NCBI GenBank assembly: GCA_028870705.1 | Contig: JAGWPD010000252.1 | Coordinates: forward strand, 1-58,751 | Length of the DNA: 58,751 nucleotides | Source of the DNA: Gammaproteobacteria bacterium | Lineage (GTDB): Bacteria > Pseudomonadota > Gammaproteobacteria > Steroidobacterales > Steroidobacteraceae | Reading direction: 5' to 3' | Shown here: piece by piece, positions 1-8,258 of the stretch | How the letters are laid out: the number at the start of each line of letters is the position of its first letter | Numbering within the stretch: the first letter of the stretch is position 1 | Notes under the pieces: model-generated | What the model saw: the letters and a program-made list of their open reading frames with translations, nothing else | Databases searched by the model: none | Told to the model about the DNA's origin: nothing | Translations under genes and position numbers: made by a program

Positions 1-158
1 AGAGCAGGAACGGCCCAGGCGCCGCGCGGATCGCAAGCCCTCCTGAGCCGCAGCGAACTTGACCGGGCGGCGCCCGGCTGGCCGGTTCGCGGGCGCGATT
101 GCCGTACAATGGCGCATATACAAGAGTCCGCGCCACAGCACCGGGGATAACGCGCGCC

Positions 159-1154
159 ATGTCGGGACGGGTCAGCAGGAAGGGTCGTCTGACCATGGCG
201 GATCTGGCCAGGATTGCCGGCGTATCGACCATCACCGTGTCGCGTGCGTTGCGCCGCAGTGACAACGTCAACGCCGGAACGCGCAAGCGCATTCTCGATC
301 TGGCGCATGAACATGGCTATCGCCTGAATCTGCCGGCACGCAATCTGCGCATCAACAGAAGTCATACCATCGGCGTGGTCATTGAAATGGATCCATCACC
401 GGATCGGCCGATGACCGGCCCCTACCCGCTGGTGTTGCTGGGCGGCATATCGCAGGCGCTGACTTCGGCGGGTTACAACCTGCTGTTGACCACCTTGCAC
501 GGCATGGACAGCAACACCGCCAGCGCGGCTGAAGGTCTCATCCTGCTTGGTCAGGGTGCGGATGACACGGCGGTGCGCGCCATCGAGCAGATCGGGTTGC
601 CTTGGGTGGTGTGGGGCGCCCCGCGCAAGGGACAGAATTATCCCGTGGTCGGGAGCGACAACGAGCACGGCGGCGCCGTTGCAGCCAGCCGGCTGCTCGG
701 CCTCGGTCGGCGGCGGCTGGTCTTTCTCGGTGATACGCGCCACGCGGAAATTGCCGCGCGCTATCGCGGTTTCGCCCAGCTGGCGCAGGAAACCGGGGGC
801 ACCACGCTGACCTCCCGCGCCAGTCCCTTTACGTTCTCCGGTGGCGTCCACAAGATCGCCGAGTTGCACCAGGAAGGAATTTCTTTTGACGGTGTGCTGG
901 CCTGCAGCGACCCGCTTGCCATGGGGGTCGTGCGCGCCCTGATCGACCACGGTCGGCGCGTGCCGGAGGATGTCTCCGTCATCGGGTACGACGACTCGCC
1001 CGAGGCCGAATCCTTCGTGCCGCCCGTCACCTCGGTGCGGCAGGACTGGCATACCGGCGGGACGCTGCTGGCGCGAAAAGTGATCGCCCTGATCGAAGGC
1101 AAGTCGGTCAGTTCGGAAGTCCTGGAAACCAGCCTGATCGTGCGCGCGACCTGA
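159..1154 (+). CDS. LacI-family transcriptional repressor, probable regulator of the adjacent sugar locus
   Basis: N-terminal HTH 'MADLARIAGVSTITVSRALR' is followed by a periplasmic-binding-protein-like sugar-binding core. The ORF is open from 99; a start at 159 or 195 fits the family N-terminus better. Confidence 0.85.
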   Translation: MSGRVSRKGRLTMADLARIAGVSTITVSRALRRSDNVNAGTRKRILDLAHEHGYRLNLPARNLRINRSHTIGVVIEMDPSPDRPMTGPYPLVLLGGISQALTSAGYNLLLTTLHGMDSNTASAAEGLILLGQGADDTAVRAIEQIGLPWVVWGAPRKGQNYPVVGSDNEHGGAVAASRLLGLGRRRLVFLGDTRHAEIAARYRGFAQLAQETGGTTLTSRASPFTFSGGVHKIAELHQEGISFDGVLACSDPLAMGVVRALIDHGRRVPEDVSVIGYDDSPEAESFVPPVTSVRQDWHTGGTLLARKVIALIEGKSVSSEVLETSLIVRAT

Positions 1155-1378
1155 CCGGCTCGCACGATTGCGGGGATGCAGCGCGGCACGGCAACCCGCC
1201 ATCGCTGTCGTGACAACGATACCAATCGACGCTGGCCGCTAGCCCGAACCAAGCGCTTGCCGCCACGGCCCCGAACTTCCCTGCGAAGTACGGCTCGCAA
1301 TTCAACTCTTGTCATTCAATAGGTTATGGCGATCTCCGGTCGCCTTCCACGGTGGCGTCACAGCTTCAGGAAGCTTTA

Positions 1379-1419
1379 TGACATCGATAACTTGACATCG
1401 ATAACATCGCGCGTAGTAT
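1379..1419 (+). promoter_or_regulatory. Putative sigma70 promoter overlapped by two abutting 14-bp LacI/cre-type operator repeats
   Basis: The promoter reads TTGACA (1392-1397), N16, TAGTAT (1414-1419). TGACATCGATAACT (1379-1392) is directly followed by TGACATCGATAACA (1393-1406). Both fit TGnnAnCGnTnnCA. The site lies about 60 nt upstream of the GH65 start. Confidence 0.5.
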
Positions 1420-1479
1420 CCCGGCCACGAGAGCTCGCGTGCGCGGCACCAAGAGCTCCTTTGCGGGGAACCACAATTC

Positions 1480-4400
1480 ATGGCGGTCGATCTGCCACAC
1501 GGCCTCAAGCCTTCGATCGCCGCTACTGGTGCGGCCAGCGACGGTTGGCACCTGGCGATGAGCGATGAAGGCCCATCGGGCAATGCGGCGCAAGCGGAGA
1601 CCCTGTTCTGCCTGGCCAACGGGGCACTCGGCGTGCGCGGCGGGCGCGAGGAACAGCCCAGCGCGACCGACGGTGCACTCCTTGCAGGCGTGTTCGAGTC
1701 GGTGCCGATCCGCTATCACGAGGGGTTCCCCGGGTTCGCCCGCGCCTCCGACACACGGGTTCCGGTCGCCGACGGCAAGCGGATCCGCGTGCGCCTCGGC
1801 GCGCACGCCACCGATGTCGCCACCGGCAAGCGGCTCGCCTGCCGGCGCGTTCTGGATCTGCGCGCCGGACTGCTGTCGCGCAAGACGCGCTGGTGCACCA
1901 GCGACGGCCACAGCGTGGAGATCATCGTCGAGCGGCTCGTGCCACTCGATGGCGAGACGCTGCTGGCGCTGCGCTTCACCGTACATTCGATCGACTACCT
2001 GGGCCCGGTGGCGCTCGAGTCCTGCATCGAGGCGGGCACGGCGGTGGTGCGCGCGGAAGATCCGCGCGTCGGCACGGCCGCGGATGCCGCGCTGATCATC
2101 GGCAAGCGCCGCCTCGAGGGCGTATGCGCCGTGATGACCCAAAGTGCGCGCCGCTCGGGCATTCAGGTAGCCATAGCGCAGGCACATCGCATAGCCGTCG
2201 AAGTCACAGCCGGCAATCCGCTGTTTGACGACCCCGGCGCGGTGGGCCAGCGCTACAGCAGCACGCTCGTGCCGGGCGGATCCCTGACCATCGACAAGTT
2301 CGTTGCCTGGTCGTCGGGGCCGGATCCGGCCGATCTCGGCGCGCGCGCCACGTCGATCGCCTGCCACGCCGTGGGCGTGGGCTTCGACGAGCTCAAGCGC
2401 CGTCAATCACAGGCGTGGGCAGCGTTCTGGCGCAACGCCGAACTCGGCATCGACGGCGAGCCGTCGCTGGACCAGGCGCTGCATTTCAACCTGTTCCACC
2501 TGCGCCAGTCCACGCCCGCCGACGGCCGCACGGCGCTCGCCGCCAAGGGGCTGACCGGCGAGGGATACGAGGGCCACGTCTTCTGGGATACGGAAGTCTT
2601 CGCCCTTCCGGTATTGCAGATGACGGCCCCCGAGCTCGTGCGCGCCAGCCTCGCCTGGCGCCACCGCACGCTGGAACGTGCGCGCGCCCATGCGCGGGAA
2701 ATGAATCACGCGCGCGGCGCCCTGTTCCCCTGGCGCACGATCGCGGGTGATGAGGCTTCGGCCTACTTTCCATCCGGCTCGGCCCAGTACCACATCAACG
2801 CCGACGTGGCCTATGCCCAGCGCCTGCATCACCTGGGAAGCGCTGAGCATGCCACCGCGACCGGCAATGCCGAGACGCTGTTCGAGACCGCGCGGATCTG
2901 GCTGCAGATCGGCCGCTACAGCGCCACGCGCGGCGGCGCGTTCTGCATCTACGAGGTCACGGGTCCGGACGAGTATTCCGCGCTGGTGGACAACGATTAC
3001 TACACCAATCGCATGGCGCAGCTCCATCTGCAGCACGCCGCCGAGATCGCCACGGTGATGCAGCGCGATGCCAGTGAAGCGTTCCGGGAGCTGGCGGCGC
3101 GTATCGGGCTGGCGGCGACGGAACCGGCGGAGTGGCGGCGCGCCGCGGCGGCCATGTACCTGCCCGTGGACCCGCGTCTTGGCGTGCACCCGCAGGACGA
3201 CAGTTTTCTCGACAAACCGCCGTGGCCGTTCACGGCCCAGCCCGGCGACGACCGTCCGCTGCTGTTGCAGTATCACCCGCTCACGCTCTATCGGCACCAG
3301 ATCTGCAAGCAACCCAATGTCGTGCTCGCCCACGTACTGTGCGGCGAGGGCGTGCCGCTCGCGCAGAAACGCCGAGATTTCGACTACTACGAGCCGCTGA
3401 CGGTGCATGACTCGTCGTTGTCGGCCTGCAGCTGGTGCATCCTGGCAGCGGAGCTCGGGCACAGCGAGCGCGCGCTGCGGTATTTTCGCGATGGCGCGCG
3501 CCTGGACCTCGACGATTTGCACGGCAATGCCAGCCACGGGGCGCACATGGCTGCCATGGCCGGAACGTGGCTGAGCCTGGTCTGGGGTTTCGCCGGCCTG
3601 CGGGTCGCCGGCGATGGCACGCTGAAATTCAGTCCCACGCTGCCGGCCGGCTGGACAGCCTATTTCTTCACACTGCTATGGCGCGGGCGGCGTCTGCGGG
3701 TGGACGTCAACGCCGCTGGCGCCTGCTACCGGCTCACCCAAGGCGAGCCGCTCACGCTGCAGCACCTGGGCACCGCGCTCACGCTGCTGCCGGAGGCCGC
3801 CATCACGGTGCCGCTGACGCCGCCTGCGCAGCCTCGGCCGGCCCGCCGCGTGCGCGCGGTCATATTCGATCTCGACGGTGTGCTCACGGATACGGCGGCC
3901 CTGCACTACCAGGCCTGGAAGCGCCTGGCGGATGAAATCGGCGTGCCCTTCGATGAACACGTCAACCAGCGGCTCAAGGGCGTCGCCCGCACCACCTCGC
4001 TCGACATCATCCTGGAGCGCGCCACCCGCGCGTTCCCGGCCGAGGAACGCCGCCACCTGGCCGAGAGCAAGGATCGCTATTTCAGGGAATCGATCGCCAG
4101 CTTCACACCCGCGCAGCTGTTGCCCGGTGCGCGCGCGGTTCTGGAGGCGCTGCGCGCACGCGGCATCCGCATTGCGCTGGCTTCCGCCAGCCAGAACGCC
4201 CCGGCGCTGATCGAGCGCCTGGGGATTGCCGCCCTGTTCGACCAGGTGGTCGATCCGGCCAGCGTTGCCGCAGGCAAGCCGGCTCCCGACATCTTCCTGG
4301 CTGCCGCGGCCGCGCTGGGCGTCGAGCCCGGCGAGTGCCTTGCTGTCGAGGACGCGGTGGCGGGTGTCGCCGCGATCAAGGCGGCCAACATGTTTGCAGT

Positions 4401-4494
4401 GGGAATCGGTGAGGCGCGGAACCTGACGGCTGCCGACGTCGTGGTTCCAGACGTAGCCTCCATGGAAATCGAGCGATTCCTGGAGGGGACCTGA
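1480..4494 (+). CDS. GH65 glycoside phosphorylase (maltose/kojibiose/trehalose phosphorylase family) fused to a C-terminal beta-phosphoglucomutase (HAD) domain
   Basis: GH65 motifs present: 'GLTGEGYEGHVFWDTE', 'VTGPDEYSALVDNDYYTN' and 'TVHDSSLS'. From about 3856 the sequence 'VIFDLDGVLTDTAALHYQAWKRLADEIG...QRLKGV' matches the N-terminus of beta-PGM, with the DxD nucleophile at codons 797-799. No signal peptide. Confidence 0.9.
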   Translation: MAVDLPHGLKPSIAATGAASDGWHLAMSDEGPSGNAAQAETLFCLANGALGVRGGREEQPSATDGALLAGVFESVPIRYHEGFPGFARASDTRVPVADGKRIRVRLGAHATDVATGKRLACRRVLDLRAGLLSRKTRWCTSDGHSVEIIVERLVPLDGETLLALRFTVHSIDYLGPVALESCIEAGTAVVRAEDPRVGTAADAALIIGKRRLEGVCAVMTQSARRSGIQVAIAQAHRIAVEVTAGNPLFDDPGAVGQRYSSTLVPGGSLTIDKFVAWSSGPDPADLGARATSIACHAVGVGFDELKRRQSQAWAAFWRNAELGIDGEPSLDQALHFNLFHLRQSTPADGRTALAAKGLTGEGYEGHVFWDTEVFALPVLQMTAPELVRASLAWRHRTLERARAHAREMNHARGALFPWRTIAGDEASAYFPSGSAQYHINADVAYAQRLHHLGSAEHATATGNAETLFETARIWLQIGRYSATRGGAFCIYEVTGPDEYSALVDNDYYTNRMAQLHLQHAAEIATVMQRDASEAFRELAARIGLAATEPAEWRRAAAAMYLPVDPRLGVHPQDDSFLDKPPWPFTAQPGDDRPLLLQYHPLTLYRHQICKQPNVVLAHVLCGEGVPLAQKRRDFDYYEPLTVHDSSLSACSWCILAAELGHSERALRYFRDGARLDLDDLHGNASHGAHMAAMAGTWLSLVWGFAGLRVAGDGTLKFSPTLPAGWTAYFFTLLWRGRRLRVDVNAAGACYRLTQGEPLTLQHLGTALTLLPEAAITVPLTPPAQPRPARRVRAVIFDLDGVLTDTAALHYQAWKRLADEIGVPFDEHVNQRLKGVARTTSLDIILERATRAFPAEERRHLAESKDRYFRESIASFTPAQLLPGARAVLEALRARGIRIALASASQNAPALIERLGIAALFDQVVDPASVAAGKPAPDIFLAAAAALGVEPGECLAVEDAVAGVAAIKAANMFAVGIGEARNLTAADVVVPDVASMEIERFLEGT

Positions 4495-4568
4495 GTGGCA
4501 AGCGGCGGCGGCAAGGTGCCGCGGCGGCTGACGGCATTGGCGATGCGTTCAACACAGCGGAGATCAAT

Positions 4569-6923
4569 ATGACTGACGACATCACGAGCAGAGGGGGTGT
4601 GTCCGGCGTGCTCCAGGCAATCAGGAGCTGGCGGCTGGGCATGATGGCAGGGTCCTGCCTGGCAGCGCTCGGCTTCGCGCCGGTGCTGCCGGCCGCGGAC
4701 GAAGCCGGCAATCCGGAACAACTCGAGGAGGTGATCGTGACCGGCACGGCGGGCGGCGCCGAACTGCGCAAACAGGACGCCAGTTTCACGATCACGACCG
4801 TGACCGCCGAGCAGATCGAAGCGGCGGCGCCCAAGAGCAGCGCGGAACTGCTGACGCAGATCCCGGGTGTGTGGGTGGAGAGTTCCGGCGGTGTATCCGG
4901 AGCAAACATCAACGTGATCGGCTTCCCGGAAGCGGGCGATGCGCCGCACGTGACTTTCGAGATCAACGGCGCGCCGCTCTATGGGACCGAGTCGCTCTCG
5001 TTCATGGAACAGAGCTCGATATTCCGTATCGACGAGACGATCAGTTCCGTGGAAGGCGTCATCGGCGGTCCGGGTTCGGTGTTTGCCAAGGGCGAGCCTG
5101 GCCTCACCACGAATTTCCGGCTCAAGGAAGGCGGCGAGCAGACCAAGGGCATCGTCAAGTACACGGGTTCGGATTACAACCTGCAGCGCGTGGATGCCCA
5201 ATTCAGCGGCAAGCTGGCCGACGATCTGTACTACATGGTGGGGGGCTATGTTTCGGCATCGCCCGGCATCCGTGATGCGCAGTTCCTGTCGGAGAAGGGA
5301 CAGCAGTTCACGGTGAATCTCACCAAGAAACTGGAAAACGGCAAGATCGGCGTGTGGACCCGCGTGACCGATGACGTCGGTCAATGGCTGCTGCCGTTCT
5401 TCTCGAAATCCGGCAACGACCTGGGCACCTTCAGCCAGCTCGGCGACTACACGCGGATGCGACAGATCCAGGTGGGCAAGGACAGCAATGGTGACGCGAC
5501 CTACGAGACCTTCGACTTCGCCAATGGCCGCGGCTGGAGAGGATCGGTCAGCGGCATGAATGCGGAGTTCAACACCTCCGACAATTCAGTATTGCGCGAC
5601 AATCTTTCCTTCACCAGCGGCAATGCGGACACCTACGGCTTCGTGCCCGACGGCGGCGCGGTGCAGGTATCCGCTCTCGGCCTCGCGCCCGGCGCAGTCA
5701 CCACCGCACATGGCGGCAATGTCCTGGCCCCGGGTGACTGGGTGCAGGAATACGGCTACTGGGTGGTCAAGAAGCAGATCCGGTCGCTGACCAATGACAT
5801 CAGCCTGGCGATCAAGACCGGCCAGAACGACCTGACGCTCGGCTATTACATCGCCCAATGGTCAGCCCACGACTGGTGGTCGCTGAACAACCAGGCGCCG
5901 GTCCAGAACATCGCGCACGGCGACCTGCTCAGCGCCAACGTGACCTGTGCCCGGCTGCAGACGGCCGGCTCGGGCGCGGGATGCTGGAACTACGGCCTGG
6001 ATTCGAACGGTGACGCGACGGCCAAGGCCTTTTACGTCGCGGACACCTTCCATGTGTCCGACAAATTGCGCCTCGACGGCGGCGTGCGTCAGGAACGGCA
6101 AACGCTCGATTATGCGGCCTCGTTCCCGGCTGCCGGCTCGGGCGATCATTTCCCGAGCGGCACCGTGGATCAGGTGGTGCCCAATGCGAGCGCGTCGAAG
6201 TTCTCGTACACCGGCGCCGTCGACTACGCCTTCACCAGACAGCGGGGCCTGTTCGGCCGCTATACCTCGGGTTGGGCATTCCCGAATTTCGACAGCTTCC
6301 GCGGTGGCAATGGCAGCGCCACGATCCAGGAGATCCGCGAATTCGAAGCAGGCTACAAGTACACCGGGCCGGTCTGGAAGCTGTATGCCACGGCCTTCTG
6401 GAATACCAGCGATGCCACCGCCGGCGTGCAGGGTTCCAACCCCGGGTCGGCCCCGCAGGCGTTCAAGTCCAAGGCCTACGGAGTGGTGCTCGATGGCAGC
6501 TACCACACCGGCGCGTTCGCAGTCGGGTTGAACGGCACGCTGCAACACGCCACCTATGACACCGTGGCGGGCAATCCGGCGCAGGAAGGCAACAAGATCC
6601 TGCGTCAGCCCGATGTGCGCATCAAGCTCACGCCCAGCTACAATCTCATCGCGGGCGAATGGGCGACCAACTTCTATGGTTCCATCGATTACATCGGCAA
6701 GCGGCCGGCGGACCCGGCCAATTCATTCTTTTTCGATGCGTATACGACGTTCGATGTCGGTGCGAGGATCAGCACGCCCTGGAAGTATGACCTCCAGGTG
6801 AGCGGGCAGAATCTGACCAATCGGCACGACGCCACGGAAGGCGATCCGCGCAGCTTCGTCGCGGCCAACTACCGGCCGATCCTGGGACGATCGATACAGT
6901 TCAGCGTCAGCTACAAACTCTAG
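4569..6923 (+). CDS. TonB-dependent outer-membrane receptor (carbohydrate locus)
   Basis: Signal-like N-terminus, plug motif 'LEEVIVTGTAGG', and a 784-aa Gly/Tyr/Asn/Ser-rich barrel-like sequence. It sits between a glycoside phosphorylase and a sugar permease. Confidence 0.85.
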   Translation: MTDDITSRGGVSGVLQAIRSWRLGMMAGSCLAALGFAPVLPAADEAGNPEQLEEVIVTGTAGGAELRKQDASFTITTVTAEQIEAAAPKSSAELLTQIPGVWVESSGGVSGANINVIGFPEAGDAPHVTFEINGAPLYGTESLSFMEQSSIFRIDETISSVEGVIGGPGSVFAKGEPGLTTNFRLKEGGEQTKGIVKYTGSDYNLQRVDAQFSGKLADDLYYMVGGYVSASPGIRDAQFLSEKGQQFTVNLTKKLENGKIGVWTRVTDDVGQWLLPFFSKSGNDLGTFSQLGDYTRMRQIQVGKDSNGDATYETFDFANGRGWRGSVSGMNAEFNTSDNSVLRDNLSFTSGNADTYGFVPDGGAVQVSALGLAPGAVTTAHGGNVLAPGDWVQEYGYWVVKKQIRSLTNDISLAIKTGQNDLTLGYYIAQWSAHDWWSLNNQAPVQNIAHGDLLSANVTCARLQTAGSGAGCWNYGLDSNGDATAKAFYVADTFHVSDKLRLDGGVRQERQTLDYAASFPAAGSGDHFPSGTVDQVVPNASASKFSYTGAVDYAFTRQRGLFGRYTSGWAFPNFDSFRGGNGSATIQEIREFEAGYKYTGPVWKLYATAFWNTSDATAGVQGSNPGSAPQAFKSKAYGVVLDGSYHTGAFAVGLNGTLQHATYDTVAGNPAQEGNKILRQPDVRIKLTPSYNLIAGEWATNFYGSIDYIGKRPADPANSFFFDAYTTFDVGARISTPWKYDLQVSGQNLTNRHDATEGDPRSFVAANYRPILGRSIQFSVSYKL

Positions 6924-6932
6924 CGTGCGATC

Positions 6933-6969
6933 GGGGTGGCCGGCACGGGCCGGCCACCCCATTTCTTCC
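6933..6969 (+). terminator. Probable rho-independent terminator after the TBDR gene
   Basis: GGGGTGGCCGG (6933-6943) pairs perfectly with CCGGCCACCCC (6950-6960). The stem is followed by ATTTCTTCC. Confidence 0.6.
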
Positions 6970-7004
6970 GGGCTCATTTCCATCGCCAGGGCCAGTGAGG
7001 CGCC

Positions 7005-8258
7005 ATGAACCGACTGCGCATGATTACCGGCCTGGTAATGATCTACATGATCTTTGCCGTCCTGCTCAACAGCGTCGGCACGGTGATCCTGCAGTCGATC
7101 GAAAGCTTCGGGATCAGCAAACCCCACGCCAGCCTGCTCGAGGCATTCAAGGATCTGACCATTGCGCTGACTTCGTTCGCGGTCGCCTCGTTCCTGCCTC
7201 TGCTGGGCTATCGGCGCGGCATGATGCTGTCGCTGGCGCTGGTGGGCGCGGCGTGCACGCTGATGCCGCTGTATCCGAGCTTCCGCACCACGGAGTTGCT
7301 GTTCACCTGCGTCGGCGTGGGCTTCGCGCTGACCAAAGTGGCGGTGTATTCCTCGATCGGACTGCTCACCACGGACAAGACCGGGCATTCGCGCCTCACC
7401 AACACCATCGAAGGCCTGTTCATGGTCGGCGTGCTGCTGGGCGGTTGGCTGTTCAGCGCCTTCATCGATCCCGTCGCGCCCGCCAACCCGCGCTGGTACA
7501 ACGTCTACTGGCTGCTGGCCGCGCTCTGCGCGGGGGTGCTGGTGCTGCTCGCAACGTCCAGGCTCGACGAATCGGCCGCGCACACCGCCGCTCCCATGTC
7601 ACATGCCGAGACTTTTGCGGGCATGCTGCGCCTGCTGGTACGGCCGCTGGTCTATTGTTTCCTGATCTCCGCGTTTCTCTATGTGCTCATCGAGCAGAGC
7701 TTCGGCACCTGGCTGCCGACCTTCAATCGTGAGATTCTCAAGCTGCCCAACACCATGAGCATACAGCTCGCGAGCATTCTCGCCGGCGCCACCGCGCTGG
7801 GCCGCATCAGCGCCGGTCTGGTGCTCAAGCGCGTGCGCTGGCATGTGCTGCTCAACCTGTGCGTGCTCGCGATGGGTTTGCTGGTGCTCTTGACGCTGCC
7901 GCTGGCCGCGAATGTGGTGGCGCGCCCCGATGTCGGCTGGTTTCATGCTCCCATCGCCGCTTACCTCATCCCGATGATCGGGATACTCATGGCCCCGATC
8001 TATCCGGTCATCAATTCCGTCGCCCTCAGTGCCCTGCCCAAGCCGCTGCATGCGCCGATGACCGGACTGATCGTGGTGTTTTCGGCGCTGGGCGGCACGC
8101 TCGGCTCGCGCATCACCGCGGTCGTGTTTGCGCGCTTCGACGGCATACATGCCTTTTATTTCTCCCTGCTGCCGATGACGCTGCTGCTGATCGCGCTGTA
8201 TTTCTTCCGCCGCGAGACCGAACGCGTGGGTGACATCGGGTCCGGGAGGGTGCGATGA
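7005..8258 (+). CDS. MFS sugar transporter (FucP/GluP-like)
   Basis: 417 aa with about 12 hydrophobic segments. The N-terminus 'ITGLVMIYMIFAVLLNSVGTVILQSI' resembles glucose/galactose-fucose permeases. An ATGA overlap joins it to the next gene. Confidence 0.7.
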   Translation: MNRLRMITGLVMIYMIFAVLLNSVGTVILQSIESFGISKPHASLLEAFKDLTIALTSFAVASFLPLLGYRRGMMLSLALVGAACTLMPLYPSFRTTELLFTCVGVGFALTKVAVYSSIGLLTTDKTGHSRLTNTIEGLFMVGVLLGGWLFSAFIDPVAPANPRWYNVYWLLAALCAGVLVLLATSRLDESAAHTAAPMSHAETFAGMLRLLVRPLVYCFLISAFLYVLIEQSFGTWLPTFNREILKLPNTMSIQLASILAGATALGRISAGLVLKRVRWHVLLNLCVLAMGLLVLLTLPLAANVVARPDVGWFHAPIAAYLIPMIGILMAPIYPVINSVALSALPKPLHAPMTGLIVVFSALGGTLGSRITAVVFARFDGIHAFYFSLLPMTLLLIALYFFRRETERVGDIGSGRVR

